Of a DNA stretch of 45,251 nt, positions 8,718-18,017 are shown piece after piece. The notes under the pieces were generated by a model. That model was not told the DNA's origin, did no database searches, and worked only from the letters and a program-made list of their open reading frames with translations. This stretch comes from Cryomorpha sp. Its GTDB lineage: Bacteria > Bacteroidota > Bacteroidia > Flavobacteriales_D > Cryomorphaceae. The DNA lies in NCBI GenBank assembly GCA_041744015.1, contig JBGTLS010000079.1, forward strand, positions 1 to 45,251, in the 5' to 3' direction. Both the position numbers and the translations under genes were made by a program. The stretch's first letter is position 1. Each line of letters starts with the position of its first letter.

Positions 8718-9113
8718 ATGCATTTGCGACTCATCCGAATATATGGTAGCACGGGAACAAATGGCTATCTGGTAGCCAACCACAAGGTCATTTGCAAAAC
8801 AATTGAACTCCCGTGGAAAGGCAACCAACGGTCCGTCTCCTGCATCCCCGAAGGAAAGTACACCCTCCGGGAACGCTACAGCAAACGATTCGGACGCCAC
8901 CTCGAAATTCTCAACGTGCCCGACAGAGATCTCATTCTGATACACCCGGCCAACGACGCCCGCAAAGAGCTCCGCGGATGTATAGCCCCCGTATCAGAAC
9001 TCATCGGACCCGGTATGGGAATCAAATCGAGAGCGGCAACCCTACGACTTCTGGACTTGGTAACACCAGTCCTGGAACGTGGCGATACCGTGACAATGAC
9101 GATCGACACATGA
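8718..9113 (+). CDS. DUF5675 family protein
   Basis: 131 aa. The motifs GTNGYL, CKTIELPWKGNQRSVSCIPEGKYTL and LILIHPANDARKELRGCIAPV match the DUF5675 sequences I recall. Confidence 0.7.
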   Translation: MHLRLIRIYGSTGTNGYLVANHKVICKTIELPWKGNQRSVSCIPEGKYTLRERYSKRFGRHLEILNVPDRDLILIHPANDARKELRGCIAPVSELIGPGMGIKSRAATLRLLDLVTPVLERGDTVTMTIDT

Positions 9114-9173
9114 TGTAAATTAGAATTGGTTTGATGTCTAATAACTAAAAACCAAAAGCCAAAAACTAATAAC

Positions 9174-9398
9174 ATGAAATACAAACGCGAAAAGAACCTC
9201 CTTGAGCGGGCAACATCCCAGACTCCACGGTTCTTCCAAACACTGCGCAACATCGGTCTCGGCCTTCTGGCCGCCTCCGGCGCAGTATTAACAGCCCCCG
9301 TTAGCATCCCGGCCGCCATCATCACGGCAGCCACCTATGCAGCGGTGGCGGGCGGTGTCCTCACCGCAGTCTCGCAAGTGACTGTGGAAGGAGAATAA
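9174..9398 (+). CDS. Small 2-TM Ala/Gly-rich membrane peptide (holin-like layout)
   Basis: 74 aa. Basic N-terminus, then IGLGLLAASGAVLTAPV and AAIITAATYAAVAGGVLTAV. Confidence 0.5.
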   Translation: MKYKREKNLLERATSQTPRFFQTLRNIGLGLLAASGAVLTAPVSIPAAIITAATYAAVAGGVLTAVSQVTVEGE

Positions 9399-9417
9399 AG
9401 CCCACCGCATATCACAG

Positions 9418-9458
9418 CCCCTCTGGTCAGCCTCACAGTCCGGAGGGGTTGTTTTTTT
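9418..9458 (+). terminator. Rho-independent terminator
   Basis: cccctctgg (9418-9426) pairs with ccggagggg (9440-9448), with one G-U pair. ttgttttttt follows. Confidence 0.6.
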
Positions 9459-9929
9459 AATCGCATGCACGGACCAGTAAATATGAGGTTTGACTTGAGT
9501 CATGATCCCCAATCGGAAATAGCGCATAGTTTATCCTAATCCCTAAAACTTCAACCGTCATGTATTCATCCCCTCCGTTTTCAGGTTCCCACCGTTCATG
9601 TGAACCGTAAAATCGGATCCTTAAAAACTTTGCGCCCTCGCGCTGGAGCATGTCACGCATTGGCGTGGCAGGCCTATTGGCTTACGTTGGTTGCGTCACC
9701 CAAGGGCTTTAGCCCTCCCTGCGCCCCAAATCAAGCATGAATGGGCGTCCTTTCCCTGCGTCTCCGCGCTACCCACCGAGCCTCCGCGTTTATTTTCCCT
9801 TTCTCAACTCCCCATTCAATTCCCCCATTTCGAATCAATATTCCCTCATTAAAAAATTATGAACGTCACCACGGGATAAATTCCATCAAACCAAAATTTA
9901 CGAAAGTAAATTGCCCCTAATTTTATCCC

Positions 9930-11552
9930 GTGAACAACGTCTTCTATTGTCTTTTCTTTATTTGTTTTATCTCCTGTGGCGCCAAAAGGGATCATTCGGA
10001 TAAAATGATTTTTCGCTACAACGAATCAGCCGGGATTACTTCACTCGATCCGGCGTACAGCCGGAATCTGGAAAATATCTGGGCAGCTAAAATGTTGTTT
10101 AATGGCCTGGTGGAAATAGATGACTCTCTTCGCGTTCAGCCATCCGTAGCGCGACATTGGGAGATCGATTCCACAGGCACTTTGTACCGGTTTTATTTGC
10201 GAAAAGATGTTTTTTTTCACGACAGTGAAATTTTCCCGGAAGGAGAGGGAAGAGCGGTGAAAGCATCGGATTTTGTATTTAGTTTCAACAGAATCAAAAA
10301 TCCCCAACAATCCAGCCCCGGTTCCTGGGTTTTTTCATCCGTACGCGCTGAAAACCCTTTCGTGGCTGTCAATGATTCCATCCTCGAAATTCATCTCACC
10401 AAACCTTTTCCGCCATTTTTGAGCCTGCTTGGCATGCAATATTGTTCGGTGATCCCCAAAGAAGCGATTGATAAATTTGGCGATGAATTCCGGAGCAATC
10501 CGGTGGGAACGGGACCTTTCGTTTTCCATTTTTGGATTGAAAACACGCGACTCGTGATGTTGAAAAATCCGCATTATTTCGAGCGTGATGAAAACGGTGA
10601 AAATTTACCCTATCTCGATGCAGTGGCAGTATCATTTATCCCCGATAAAAGTGCTGCATACCTGGATCTACTGAAAGGAAATTTTGATTTTATGTCGGGT
10701 CTGCACACCAGCTACAAAGATGAATTGCTGACGGCCAATGGAGAATTAAATGACATTTACAGCGACCAGTTTACTTTGCAAAAACATCCATTTCTCAAAA
10801 CGGATTATCTCGGTTTTATGATCGGTGGAGAGATTGATTCACCATGGCTTCGACGCGATTTGCGCAAAGCGGTAAATTACGCCGTCGATCGTGTTTCGAT
10901 GGTGCGCTACCTGCGAAACAATGTCTATACACCCGCCACGGGAGGTTTTATCCCCAAAGGAATGCCTGGATTCAATTCGGAAGCCGGTTATTCCTATCAG
11001 CCGGACAGCGTTCGTGCACTTTTGAAAAAATCTGATTTCCCGGGTGGCAAAGGTCTGCCGGTTCTGGTCCTGAGCACCACGAGCGATTATGTCGACCTGG
11101 CAGAATACGTGCAACATCAACTCGGTGAATTTGGTATTCCGGTCAAAGTCGATGTGCTTCCGGCGTCCGTGCATGGAGAGCGAACTGCGCGAGGCGAATT
11201 GGAATTTTTTCGAAAATCCTGGCTGGCAGATTATCCCGACGACGAAAACTTTATGGCCCTGTTTTTTAGTGAAAACGAAACACCAAAAGGTCCGAACTAT
11301 ACCCGGTTTAGAAATAAAGAATTTGATGAGATGTATAAAACATCCTTATCCATCACCGACCAGGATATGCGGAAAAGGCTTTACCGGCAAATGGACAGCC
11401 TTCTTATGTCAGAGGCACCTGTCGTACCGCTTTATTATGATGTGGTGATGCGTTTTGTGGATCGGAAGGTGTCGGGATTGGACCACAATCCCATGAATGT
11501 ACTGGATCTTCGCCGCGTGAAAATCATCGATCCGGAGATTAGCTATCCCTGA
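9930..11552 (+). CDS. ABC-transporter family-5 (peptide/nickel type) substrate-binding lipoprotein, orphan
   Basis: 540 aa with GTG start. Lipobox FISC. Family-5 SBP-like motifs (SLDPA, RFYLRKDVFFHD, WLADYPDDENF). No permease or ATPase gene nearby. Confidence 0.8.
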   Translation: MNNVFYCLFFICFISCGAKRDHSDKMIFRYNESAGITSLDPAYSRNLENIWAAKMLFNGLVEIDDSLRVQPSVARHWEIDSTGTLYRFYLRKDVFFHDSEIFPEGEGRAVKASDFVFSFNRIKNPQQSSPGSWVFSSVRAENPFVAVNDSILEIHLTKPFPPFLSLLGMQYCSVIPKEAIDKFGDEFRSNPVGTGPFVFHFWIENTRLVMLKNPHYFERDENGENLPYLDAVAVSFIPDKSAAYLDLLKGNFDFMSGLHTSYKDELLTANGELNDIYSDQFTLQKHPFLKTDYLGFMIGGEIDSPWLRRDLRKAVNYAVDRVSMVRYLRNNVYTPATGGFIPKGMPGFNSEAGYSYQPDSVRALLKKSDFPGGKGLPVLVLSTTSDYVDLAEYVQHQLGEFGIPVKVDVLPASVHGERTARGELEFFRKSWLADYPDDENFMALFFSENETPKGPNYTRFRNKEFDEMYKTSLSITDQDMRKRLYRQMDSLLMSEAPVVPLYYDVVMRFVDRKVSGLDHNPMNVLDLRRVKIIDPEISYP

Positions 11553-11555
11553 TTT

Positions 11556-11948
11556 TTATTCGGCAATATCTGAATTGCGAATTACAAAGGTGCAGGTGTG
11601 GTTGTAATCCTGGGGAAGCCCGTCGGTCGCTTCTGTTTCAGAGGCCCAGTTGAAGTCAAACTGTATTTCTTTCGTAAGCGTCCCACCGCCCGCAATTTCG
11701 CTGTATGCCGAGTCAATACCTTCAGCGCACGGTGGCGACTCTTCCTGAGCAGTGTCAGAGGTGGTAAGGGTGAGCCGTTTGGTTTGACCGGAATTCAAAC
11801 GGAGCGTATCGCCCAGAGGCGCACCAAACCGATAGACCAATATTTTGATGTCTTTATTTGATCTGTTTTCAATATTGTGCACGGTGGTAGTCTCTCCCTG
11901 ACAGGAAACAAGCATCAAAAGTATCAAAGCGGCCCACATGCGGTTCAT
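11556..11948 (-). CDS. Small lipoprotein
   Basis: 130 aa. Signal plus lipobox LLMLVSC. Confidence 0.6.
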   Translation of the reverse strand: MNRMWAALILLMLVSCQGETTTVHNIENRSNKDIKILVYRFGAPLGDTLRLNSGQTKRLTLTTSDTAQEESPPCAEGIDSAYSEIAGGGTLTKEIQFDFNWASETEATDGLPQDYNHTCTFVIRNSDIAE

Positions 11949-12264
11949 GGCGCGAAGTACGCAATTTTATTGCCAATACAGGATGTACAGAAATAAAGGA
12001 TTCTTGCGAAAAATCTGAGCAAATGGATGTTATTGATTTGAGAATTCCCGGCAAAGAACAGTCGCTGGATGCTTTTTTATTGAAGGTTGAACATTTCAAT
12101 CATACTTAAAACTTATACGGGCTATTGAAGTCAGGATTTCTCATTTCATAAATGCGTCATCAAACGCGTGTTAAACCTAATAGTCCATGTGATTGTTTGA
12201 CTTGTGTGCAACGAAAGAAAGGTATGGCCGGTTAAGCTTATATACATCAACCAAAACCGAAGTG

Positions 12265-14031
12265 ATGAAAAATTTTCTCTACGTCCTGATTCTTTTCCTG
12301 GTCATAGCCGGATGTCGTAAAGACGATGAAACCTCTTCAACCGAAATCTCAAATACAGGATTTAATCCTCCCGAAATCACTGTTAATGGAAGTATTTTGG
12401 GTATTGTTGAAACTGAGAATGGAAACCCGTTAAGCGGCGTTACGGTCAAATTAAATAATTCAGAAACTCAAACCAATGATCTGGGGATTTTCACTTTCAA
12501 TAATGTCCCCATGAATACCCGGGGTGCTTTTGTCAGCGTAGATCATCCGCAATACTGGCATGCATCGCGAAAAGTATTTCCCAATTTAAACAGTTTGCAT
12601 TATACCCGGTTAACGTTGATGGACAAGTCGATATCGGGCCAGTTTGACGCGCAAACGGGAGGTGAGGTAGGGCTCGAAGAAAATTTGACGGTCACTTTTC
12701 AGGCAAACTCCATCGTAGACGCAGCCGGAAATCTCCATCAGGGCTCCGTACTGGTCTATGCCAAACCCCTGCATGCCCACGACGAAACCATGGTGGATAA
12801 AATGCCGGGAGGTTTGCACGGTATTGATCAGCAAAACAATACAAAAGCCTTGTCAAGTCATGGTATGTTGTCAATAGAACTTTATGGAACCAATGGCAAT
12901 GCATTAAATCTGAATCCCGACCGTCCGGCTGCCATCCAATTTCCTTTGGCCCCGGCCGCACAAAATAGTGCGCCGCAGGCGGTGGCTATGTGGCATTTTG
13001 ATGAAACCACAGGTTACTGGCGCGAGGAAGGAAAAGCCGATCGCCATAATAATTCCTATATCGGAGAAGTTGCTCATTTTACATGGTGGCTGTTTTCAGA
13101 AGATTACGAAACAGTGCTTCTCGAAGGTAGATTGGTTAACGAAGACGGTATGCCCGTGGCCAACAGCCAGGTTAACTTTCTGGGAGAGATGGGCAGTATA
13201 GCGCAGGTTTTCAGCAACGCAGATGGGATTTTCACTTCCGGGCTGCCAGCCGGTTATCCCCTGGCATTATCCGTTTCTAATTCCTGCAACTCGACCATTT
13301 TCGCCCTTGATTTAGGTACCCTTACGGAAAATACTGATCTGGGCGATCTGACCATTCCTGGTAGTCAGGCATTCACTACCACCCTTTCGGGAAATATTGT
13401 AAACTGTGAAGGAGAGCCTGTTACAAATGGAATGATTCAGGTATGTTGGGATCAGGGTTGTCAATATATCTTCCTGAATCCTGCCGGAGAGTTTGATCAG
13501 ACTTTTGGGTATTGTGATGCCACCGAACTCAACTTTTGGGTATTTGATTACAACACAGGAGAAATTTCAACTTTCACAGAAAGTGCAGGACCTGTTTTAG
13601 ATCTTGGAGCGATTACCCTCTGTGACAATCCGGCCGAATTGTATATGAGTCTCAATTTTGATGGAACGGAGCGATTTTATCCCTTCCCTTATCAATATGT
13701 GCAGTCTGGAATTTCTTATATAAAAGCATCTGACAATGATTATTCTATAACCATCGGTTTTCCAGGTTCAACAGTCGGAACATATTCGAACGAAGCGGTT
13801 AGTTTCAATTATTTTGAATATTCTGATAACAATGGAATTCCACTCTTTTTAGAAACGGGGAGTTGTTTCTTCGGAGAATGTGAAAATCTGACCATTACCA
13901 TAACCCAATATGGTGAACCGGGTGAAATCATTGAAGGATCATACAGCGGGGTAATGGAGTTTACAAACACATTGGAATATTTACCCAACACATCTTTTTC
14001 AGGATCCTTCAGAGTTATTCGACTTCAATAA
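12265..14031 (+). CDS. Lipoprotein with a carboxypeptidase-regulatory-like (CarboxypepD_reg) domain
   Basis: The probable true start is ATG 12265 (MKNFLYVLILFLVIAGC). The track ORF starts at 12193. GIVETENGNPLSGVTVKLNNSETQTNDLGIFTF is typical of this fold. Confidence 0.7.
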   Translation: MKNFLYVLILFLVIAGCRKDDETSSTEISNTGFNPPEITVNGSILGIVETENGNPLSGVTVKLNNSETQTNDLGIFTFNNVPMNTRGAFVSVDHPQYWHASRKVFPNLNSLHYTRLTLMDKSISGQFDAQTGGEVGLEENLTVTFQANSIVDAAGNLHQGSVLVYAKPLHAHDETMVDKMPGGLHGIDQQNNTKALSSHGMLSIELYGTNGNALNLNPDRPAAIQFPLAPAAQNSAPQAVAMWHFDETTGYWREEGKADRHNNSYIGEVAHFTWWLFSEDYETVLLEGRLVNEDGMPVANSQVNFLGEMGSIAQVFSNADGIFTSGLPAGYPLALSVSNSCNSTIFALDLGTLTENTDLGDLTIPGSQAFTTTLSGNIVNCEGEPVTNGMIQVCWDQGCQYIFLNPAGEFDQTFGYCDATELNFWVFDYNTGEISTFTESAGPVLDLGAITLCDNPAELYMSLNFDGTERFYPFPYQYVQSGISYIKASDNDYSITIGFPGSTVGTYSNEAVSFNYFEYSDNNGIPLFLETGSCFFGECENLTITITQYGEPGEIIEGSYSGVMEFTNTLEYLPNTSFSGSFRVIRLQ

Positions 14032-14051
14032 ATAAAAGTGGTTAATAAATT

Positions 14052-14597
14052 GTGACATCGGACAGCATTATACAAGGATGCCTGAAAGGGGATAAGCTCT
14101 GCCAACGAAAGTTGGTGGAGCTTTATGCTCCCATGCTTTTTACCGTGGCCAGAAGGTATTCTCACAACACCGAAGATGCCGAAGATGTGTTGCAGGATGC
14201 ACTGATTAAAATGCTTCTGGCCCTTGAAAACAATAAATATTCAGAAAAAGGAAAATTCGAAAGCTGGATGCGTACCATCACGATCACCACAGCTTTGAAT
14301 AATCTCGATCGGACAAAACTTTTTTCAGACATGGATGTGGAGGCTTCCCGGGCGTCAGATATGAGTTGTCCCCCGGAAGCTTATTCCCACCTGGGAGCAG
14401 AAGAATTGATGGAATTAATTGATCAAATGCCCGCTGGCTACAAACAAATATTCAATTTGTCTGTGATCGAAACATATACACACAAAGAAATAGCAGATAT
14501 GCTTGGAATTAACGAAGTGACATCCCGCACCCAGCTTATGCGCGCCCGGAAACACCTTCAAAAACTGATTATGAATCTTGAAAAAATAAGGTTATGA
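14052..14597 (+). CDS. ECF-type RNA polymerase sigma-70 factor
   Basis: 181 aa with GTG start. Region 2 (DAEDVLQDALIKM) and region 4 HTH (YTHKEIADMLGINEVTSRTQLMRARKHL). Confidence 0.85.
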   Translation: MTSDSIIQGCLKGDKLCQRKLVELYAPMLFTVARRYSHNTEDAEDVLQDALIKMLLALENNKYSEKGKFESWMRTITITTALNNLDRTKLFSDMDVEASRASDMSCPPEAYSHLGAEELMELIDQMPAGYKQIFNLSVIETYTHKEIADMLGINEVTSRTQLMRARKHLQKLIMNLEKIRL

Positions 14598-16120
14598 AAG
14601 ATTCTCAATTTGATAATTATCTTCGCGATCACCTGCATTCTCATGCTTCTCCCGTCGACTCGCCCAAAATCTGGACGGGCGTGGAAGCTGGTTTGCAAGG
14701 CCGTCGTAAAATTGGAAATTGGGTATTTTGGTTGGGTGCTTTTTTGCTTGTTTTTTTCCTTGCTGGTTTGGCTTATATCACCCTTCCGGGAAAAAATGCA
14801 GAAACCGGAAAGGATTCATCATTTGTAAGTGAAACATCCGCCCATCAATCAGTACAGGAAATCGAGCCATCCAATCAGGCGGAGCAAAGTTCTTTTGTAT
14901 CGGGCGATGTGCGCGGGCAGATCAATGAATCCGGGAATAACCCGGACCAAATGCGGGAAACATCAACCCCGTCAGATAAAACCTCAAATACCCGATCTGC
15001 GGTAAACAACGCGGTTGAAACGGGCAGCGCGGAAGACGCGGCGGAGGAACCAACTTTGTCGGAAGTTTCGGCTAATCCAATATTCCAGGGCGCATCTGGT
15101 CAAATGGCCGGGAATAACCCATCCGGTTTTATTCAAAAAACCCCTTCCTTTGCGAAAACAGGTTCCGACACAGGTAAATCGTCAAAAGAAATTGTTGCCG
15201 TTCACGACGATCATGATGCCGGTAAATCCCAGTCAAAGAACACTATCACGGATCAGATTCCAGCTGACGCACAGGTTTATCCTGTTGAAACTTCCTTCAA
15301 CCCATCATCGATGGTGGCATTGTCACCCATGTTACCATCTGTTTCCGGAAATCTCATGCTCCCGGAAACAAGCGGCGGGAATGACCGAAATTTTCTATTG
15401 GCCGAAAAACGACAACGGTTTTTTCTGCAACTGAGCGCTGGCGGAGGTTTTGTGCAAAGAGATATCTCAAGCTTACACAGCGCCTTTGATGCCTATGCCC
15501 TTCAGCGTTCGCTCACAGAGAGTCCGCTCGAGTACCTGTCGGTGCAGGGAAATCTGGGCTATTATGTCCTGGAAGGTTTATATGTGTCGGGTGGAATCAA
15601 TATTACGACGATCAACGAACATTTCCATCTCAATCGCGAAGTTGTGACGCACCATGAGGAAACCGTCATAACGCACATTCATGTGGATGCCGACGGAGAT
15701 TCCAACTTTCATACAGGCACTGCCATCACCACCATCCACCACACCACGCATTTTTCCCATTACAACAAACTTACCCTGATCGACATCCCCGTTTTTTTGG
15801 GATACGAATGGAATTTCAATCGCTGGACAGCCGGCATTGAAGGGGGGGTATTGTGGAATCTTTCCTTGCGCACACAGGGTACCATGCTCGGTACAAGCGA
15901 TGAAATCGTCCGGATGGAGGATTCCAACGCATTTCAAAAGCGCTTGAATCAGAATTATGCGGTCAATCTCCGCTTCGGCTATCAGTTGGGCGACCGACTC
16001 TCAATCAATCTGTCACCTGGGGTTCGTTTTATCAACAAATCCGTATTAACCGCTGGACAGATCGACCAGCATTACAGGTTGATGGGTGTGCAGGGGGGAT
16101 TGGTTTACCGGTTTCCGTAA
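14594..16120 (+). CDS. Anti-sigma-like membrane protein with a disordered linker and C-terminal beta-barrel-like domain
   Basis: ATGA overlap with the sigma gene. One TM (WVFWLGAFLLVFFLAGLAYI). S/T/N-rich linker. Alternating-pattern C-terminus ending in an aromatic residue near the C-terminus (VYRFP). Confidence 0.7.
   Translation: MKDSQFDNYLRDHLHSHASPVDSPKIWTGVEAGLQGRRKIGNWVFWLGAFLLVFFLAGLAYITLPGKNAETGKDSSFVSETSAHQSVQEIEPSNQAEQSSFVSGDVRGQINESGNNPDQMRETSTPSDKTSNTRSAVNNAVETGSAEDAAEEPTLSEVSANPIFQGASGQMAGNNPSGFIQKTPSFAKTGSDTGKSSKEIVAVHDDHDAGKSQSKNTITDQIPADAQVYPVETSFNPSSMVALSPMLPSVSGNLMLPETSGGNDRNFLLAEKRQRFFLQLSAGGGFVQRDISSLHSAFDAYALQRSLTESPLEYLSVQGNLGYYVLEGLYVSGGINITTINEHFHLNREVVTHHEETVITHIHVDADGDSNFHTGTAITTIHHTTHFSHYNKLTLIDIPVFLGYEWNFNRWTAGIEGGVLWNLSLRTQGTMLGTSDEIVRMEDSNAFQKRLNQNYAVNLRFGYQLGDRLSINLSPGVRFINKSVLTAGQIDQHYRLMGVQGGLVYRFP
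15992..16120 (+). repeat. Copy 1 of a 129-bp coding duplication (functional 3' end of the 14594-16120 gene)
   Basis: Aligns without gaps to 17387-17515 at roughly 85% identity by my count. Confidence 0.85.
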
Positions 16121-16308
16121 GGAGATTTATTTGTCATTATTCCCTTTGGTCGTGTTACCCTGTCACTCAGTCAGAGTGAAGCGTTGGTGTAGCGAAGAAT
16201 CTTTGAATTGAATAGTCACATTTCTCCTTCCTCCACTGACGTCGTTTCGCTCATCACAAGGCCAATAATTGGATGCATCCCAAAGCTTTTGTTTCAGCAA
16301 AACAGTTG

Positions 16309-16316
16309 TACCTTTG
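16309..16316 (+). promoter_or_regulatory. Candidate Bacteroidota -7 element (TACCTTTG) with upstream TTTG
   Basis: Fits TAnnTTTG. TTTG lies at 16288-16291, 17 nt upstream. ATG 16337 lies 20 nt downstream. Confidence 0.35.
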
Positions 16317-16336
16317 AAGCAATAACGCTTTTCAAC

Positions 16337-16888
16337 ATGCATAAAGAGACCAAAGACAAAACCAAGGCTTCTCCGGGCAACAGCGGAAAGGGCAACAAAC
16401 CTTTTAAAAAAGCAATCCCGAAGAAGAACGTGCGAATTACAAAAGCCAACAACCCAAAAAGTTCAAAGGAACTGCAATCCCCGGATGTAAATTATTCGGT
16501 GGATAAGTCATATTCCACGAATGAAAAACTTGAACTTATCAATAAGGGCCTACCTTATTCCGCCATTGAAAAACTCAGCGGAAGAATGGATAAACCGGTC
16601 AAATCTGTACTTTCCTTGTTTGACCTTGCGCAAACTACTTATAACTTAAAAAAGAGAGACCAGGCCCTGATGAGTCGGCGCGATACGGAAACAGTGTTAT
16701 GTCTGAATGAACTGATCGATTTTGGCATCGAAGTATTCAATGCGGAAAACGAAAAATTTCTTCGCTGGCTGAGGAAACCCAATCTGTCTTTGGGAGGTGC
16801 GGTCCCGGAAAACCTGCTGAACTCTATGACAGGGATTCAGGAGGTGAAGGGTTGTTTGGCGCGGATCGAATACGGAAATATGGCCTGA
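16337..16888 (+). CDS. Xre/MbcA/ParS-type antitoxin (DUF2384 toxin-binding domain)
   Basis: The probable start is ATG 16337; the track uses TTG 16208. K-rich N-terminus. The C-terminus (FLRWLRKPNLSLGGAVPENLL, ARIEYG) is typical of RES-partner antitoxins. Its stop overlaps the RES start (TGATG). Confidence 0.75.
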   Translation: MHKETKDKTKASPGNSGKGNKPFKKAIPKKNVRITKANNPKSSKELQSPDVNYSVDKSYSTNEKLELINKGLPYSAIEKLSGRMDKPVKSVLSLFDLAQTTYNLKKRDQALMSRRDTETVLCLNELIDFGIEVFNAENEKFLRWLRKPNLSLGGAVPENLLNSMTGIQEVKGCLARIEYGNMA

Positions 16889-17355
16889 TGCGCGTTTTTC
16901 GCATAGAAAAGAAAAAGTACCTGAATCAGGCTTTGAGCGGCAGGGGTGCGGCACTTTCAACACGAAACAGATGGAACGAATTCGGCACCCCTTTGGTTTA
17001 TACGGCACATTCACGCGCTTTGGCATTGCTCGAATTGGCGGTGCATTTAGATGTCATCGAAGGTCCAATAACAGACCGATATTATGTGGAAATTGATATT
17101 CCGGATGATTTACAAATTGTAGAACTTACTTTGGATGTCCTGCCGAAAAATTGGCAGGCAAATCCCCCGGGCAACAATACCCGACAACTGGGAGATCATT
17201 TTGTAATTCAACAGAAAGCGGCAGTGATAAAAGTGCCGAGCAGCATTGTGCCGCAGGAATTCAACTACCTGATCAATCCACTTCACAAGGATGCGGGTAA
17301 GATTGCGACAATCTCTCAGGAAATCATTCAAATTGATCACAGACTTTTAAGGTAA
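16888..17355 (+). CDS. RES-domain toxin
   Basis: The probable start is ATG 16888 (MRVFRIEKKKY). R-E-S signature positions are present: NRWN, ALLELAVH and IKVPSSIVP. Confidence 0.8.
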   Translation: MRVFRIEKKKYLNQALSGRGAALSTRNRWNEFGTPLVYTAHSRALALLELAVHLDVIEGPITDRYYVEIDIPDDLQIVELTLDVLPKNWQANPPGNNTRQLGDHFVIQQKAAVIKVPSSIVPQEFNYLINPLHKDAGKIATISQEIIQIDHRLLR

Positions 17356-17386
17356 TTTCTTCGCAGACCAGATTTTCTGCCATTGT

Positions 17387-17515
17387 GAGCGTCTGTCAGT
17401 CAATCTCTCACCCGGCGTTCGTTTTATCAACAAATCCGTTTTAACCATGGTCCAGCTCGACCGGCTTGACAGGTTGATGGGTGTGCAGGGGGGATTGGTT
17501 TATCGGTTTCCTTGA
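17387..17515 (+). pseudogene. Orphaned 3' end of the beta-barrel gene (copy 2 of the duplication)
   Basis: Reads in frame as ERLSVNLSPGVRFINKSVLTMVQLDRLDRLMGVQGGLVYRFP followed by TGA. The live gene ends DRLSINLSPGVRFINKSVLTAGQIDQHYRLMGVQGGLVYRFP. Confidence 0.8.
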
Positions 17516-17530
17516 ATATGAGGTAAAAAA

Positions 17531-17556
17531 AAGCCCCAGTCGAAAGACCGGGGCTT
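17531..17556. terminator. Bidirectional rho-independent terminator
   Basis: aagccccagtc / gaaa loop / gaccggggctt. An A-run lies upstream and a T-run downstream. On the minus strand it follows the tRNA and precedes T8. Confidence 0.6.
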
Positions 17557-17560
17557 TTTG

Positions 17561-17634
17561 TCGGGGTGGCAGGATTCGAACCTACGACCTCCTGCTCCCA
17601 AAGCAGGCGCGATACCGGGCTACGCTACACCCCG
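17561..17634 (-). tRNA. tRNA-Pro (anticodon TGG)
   Basis: The reverse complement reads CGGGGTGTAGCGTAGCCCGGTATCGCGCCTGCTTTGGGAGCAGGAGGTCGTAGGTTCGAATCCTGCCACCCCGA. It has a 7-bp acceptor stem, an anticodon stem CCTGC/GCAGG with loop TTTGGGA, and a T-loop TTCGAAT. No CCA is encoded. Confidence 0.9.
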
Positions 17635-18017
17635 AGGTGCTTCTTTCTTCATTTCAAATGACCAGAAATGCGAACCGGATTTAAATTCCCGATCTCTTTC
17701 GGGAGCGCAAATATAGAAAATCCATTTCATGTGATTCAACAAATTATTGATCAGGCATAGATTTTTCAAAAAGATTGTGGATGATATGGTGTGAACAGCT
17801 GACAACCAATTGAAAACGAGTTAAAGGTCAATAGTAAATTCCATAAATACCGAACGTTTATTGTAAAAACCTGGATTGATCAAAACGCTATTTCACTTAA
17901 CAATTTAGTAACATATAGTTAATCAATGCTGAATTCAATTAACAAATGCTAAACATATTTTCGCCAAATGAATTTTTGCGTTAACCGTGAGTTAATTCCG
18001 GCAACACAAAACACTTT

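Noticed and set aside
8813-9527. Overlapping ORFs in the GC-rich module (8813-9118, 8876-9334, 9288-9527).
   Set aside because: They are alternative-frame or antisense products of a GC-rich region. Their composition is Arg/Pro-rich, and they overlap the well-supported DUF5675 and 74-aa genes.
9459-9929. 470-bp non-coding gap with recurring ctccgcg/ccctgcg strings, and track ORF 9457-9660.
   Set aside because: I could not find a consistent repeat unit, hairpin set or protein motif. It is most likely the promoter and spacer between the GC-rich cassette and the SBP gene.
17481-17805. Track ORFs 17481-17684 (+) and 17620-17805 (-).
   Set aside because: They run through the orphaned gene end, the terminator hairpin and the tRNA-Pro gene. 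They are not credible as coding.
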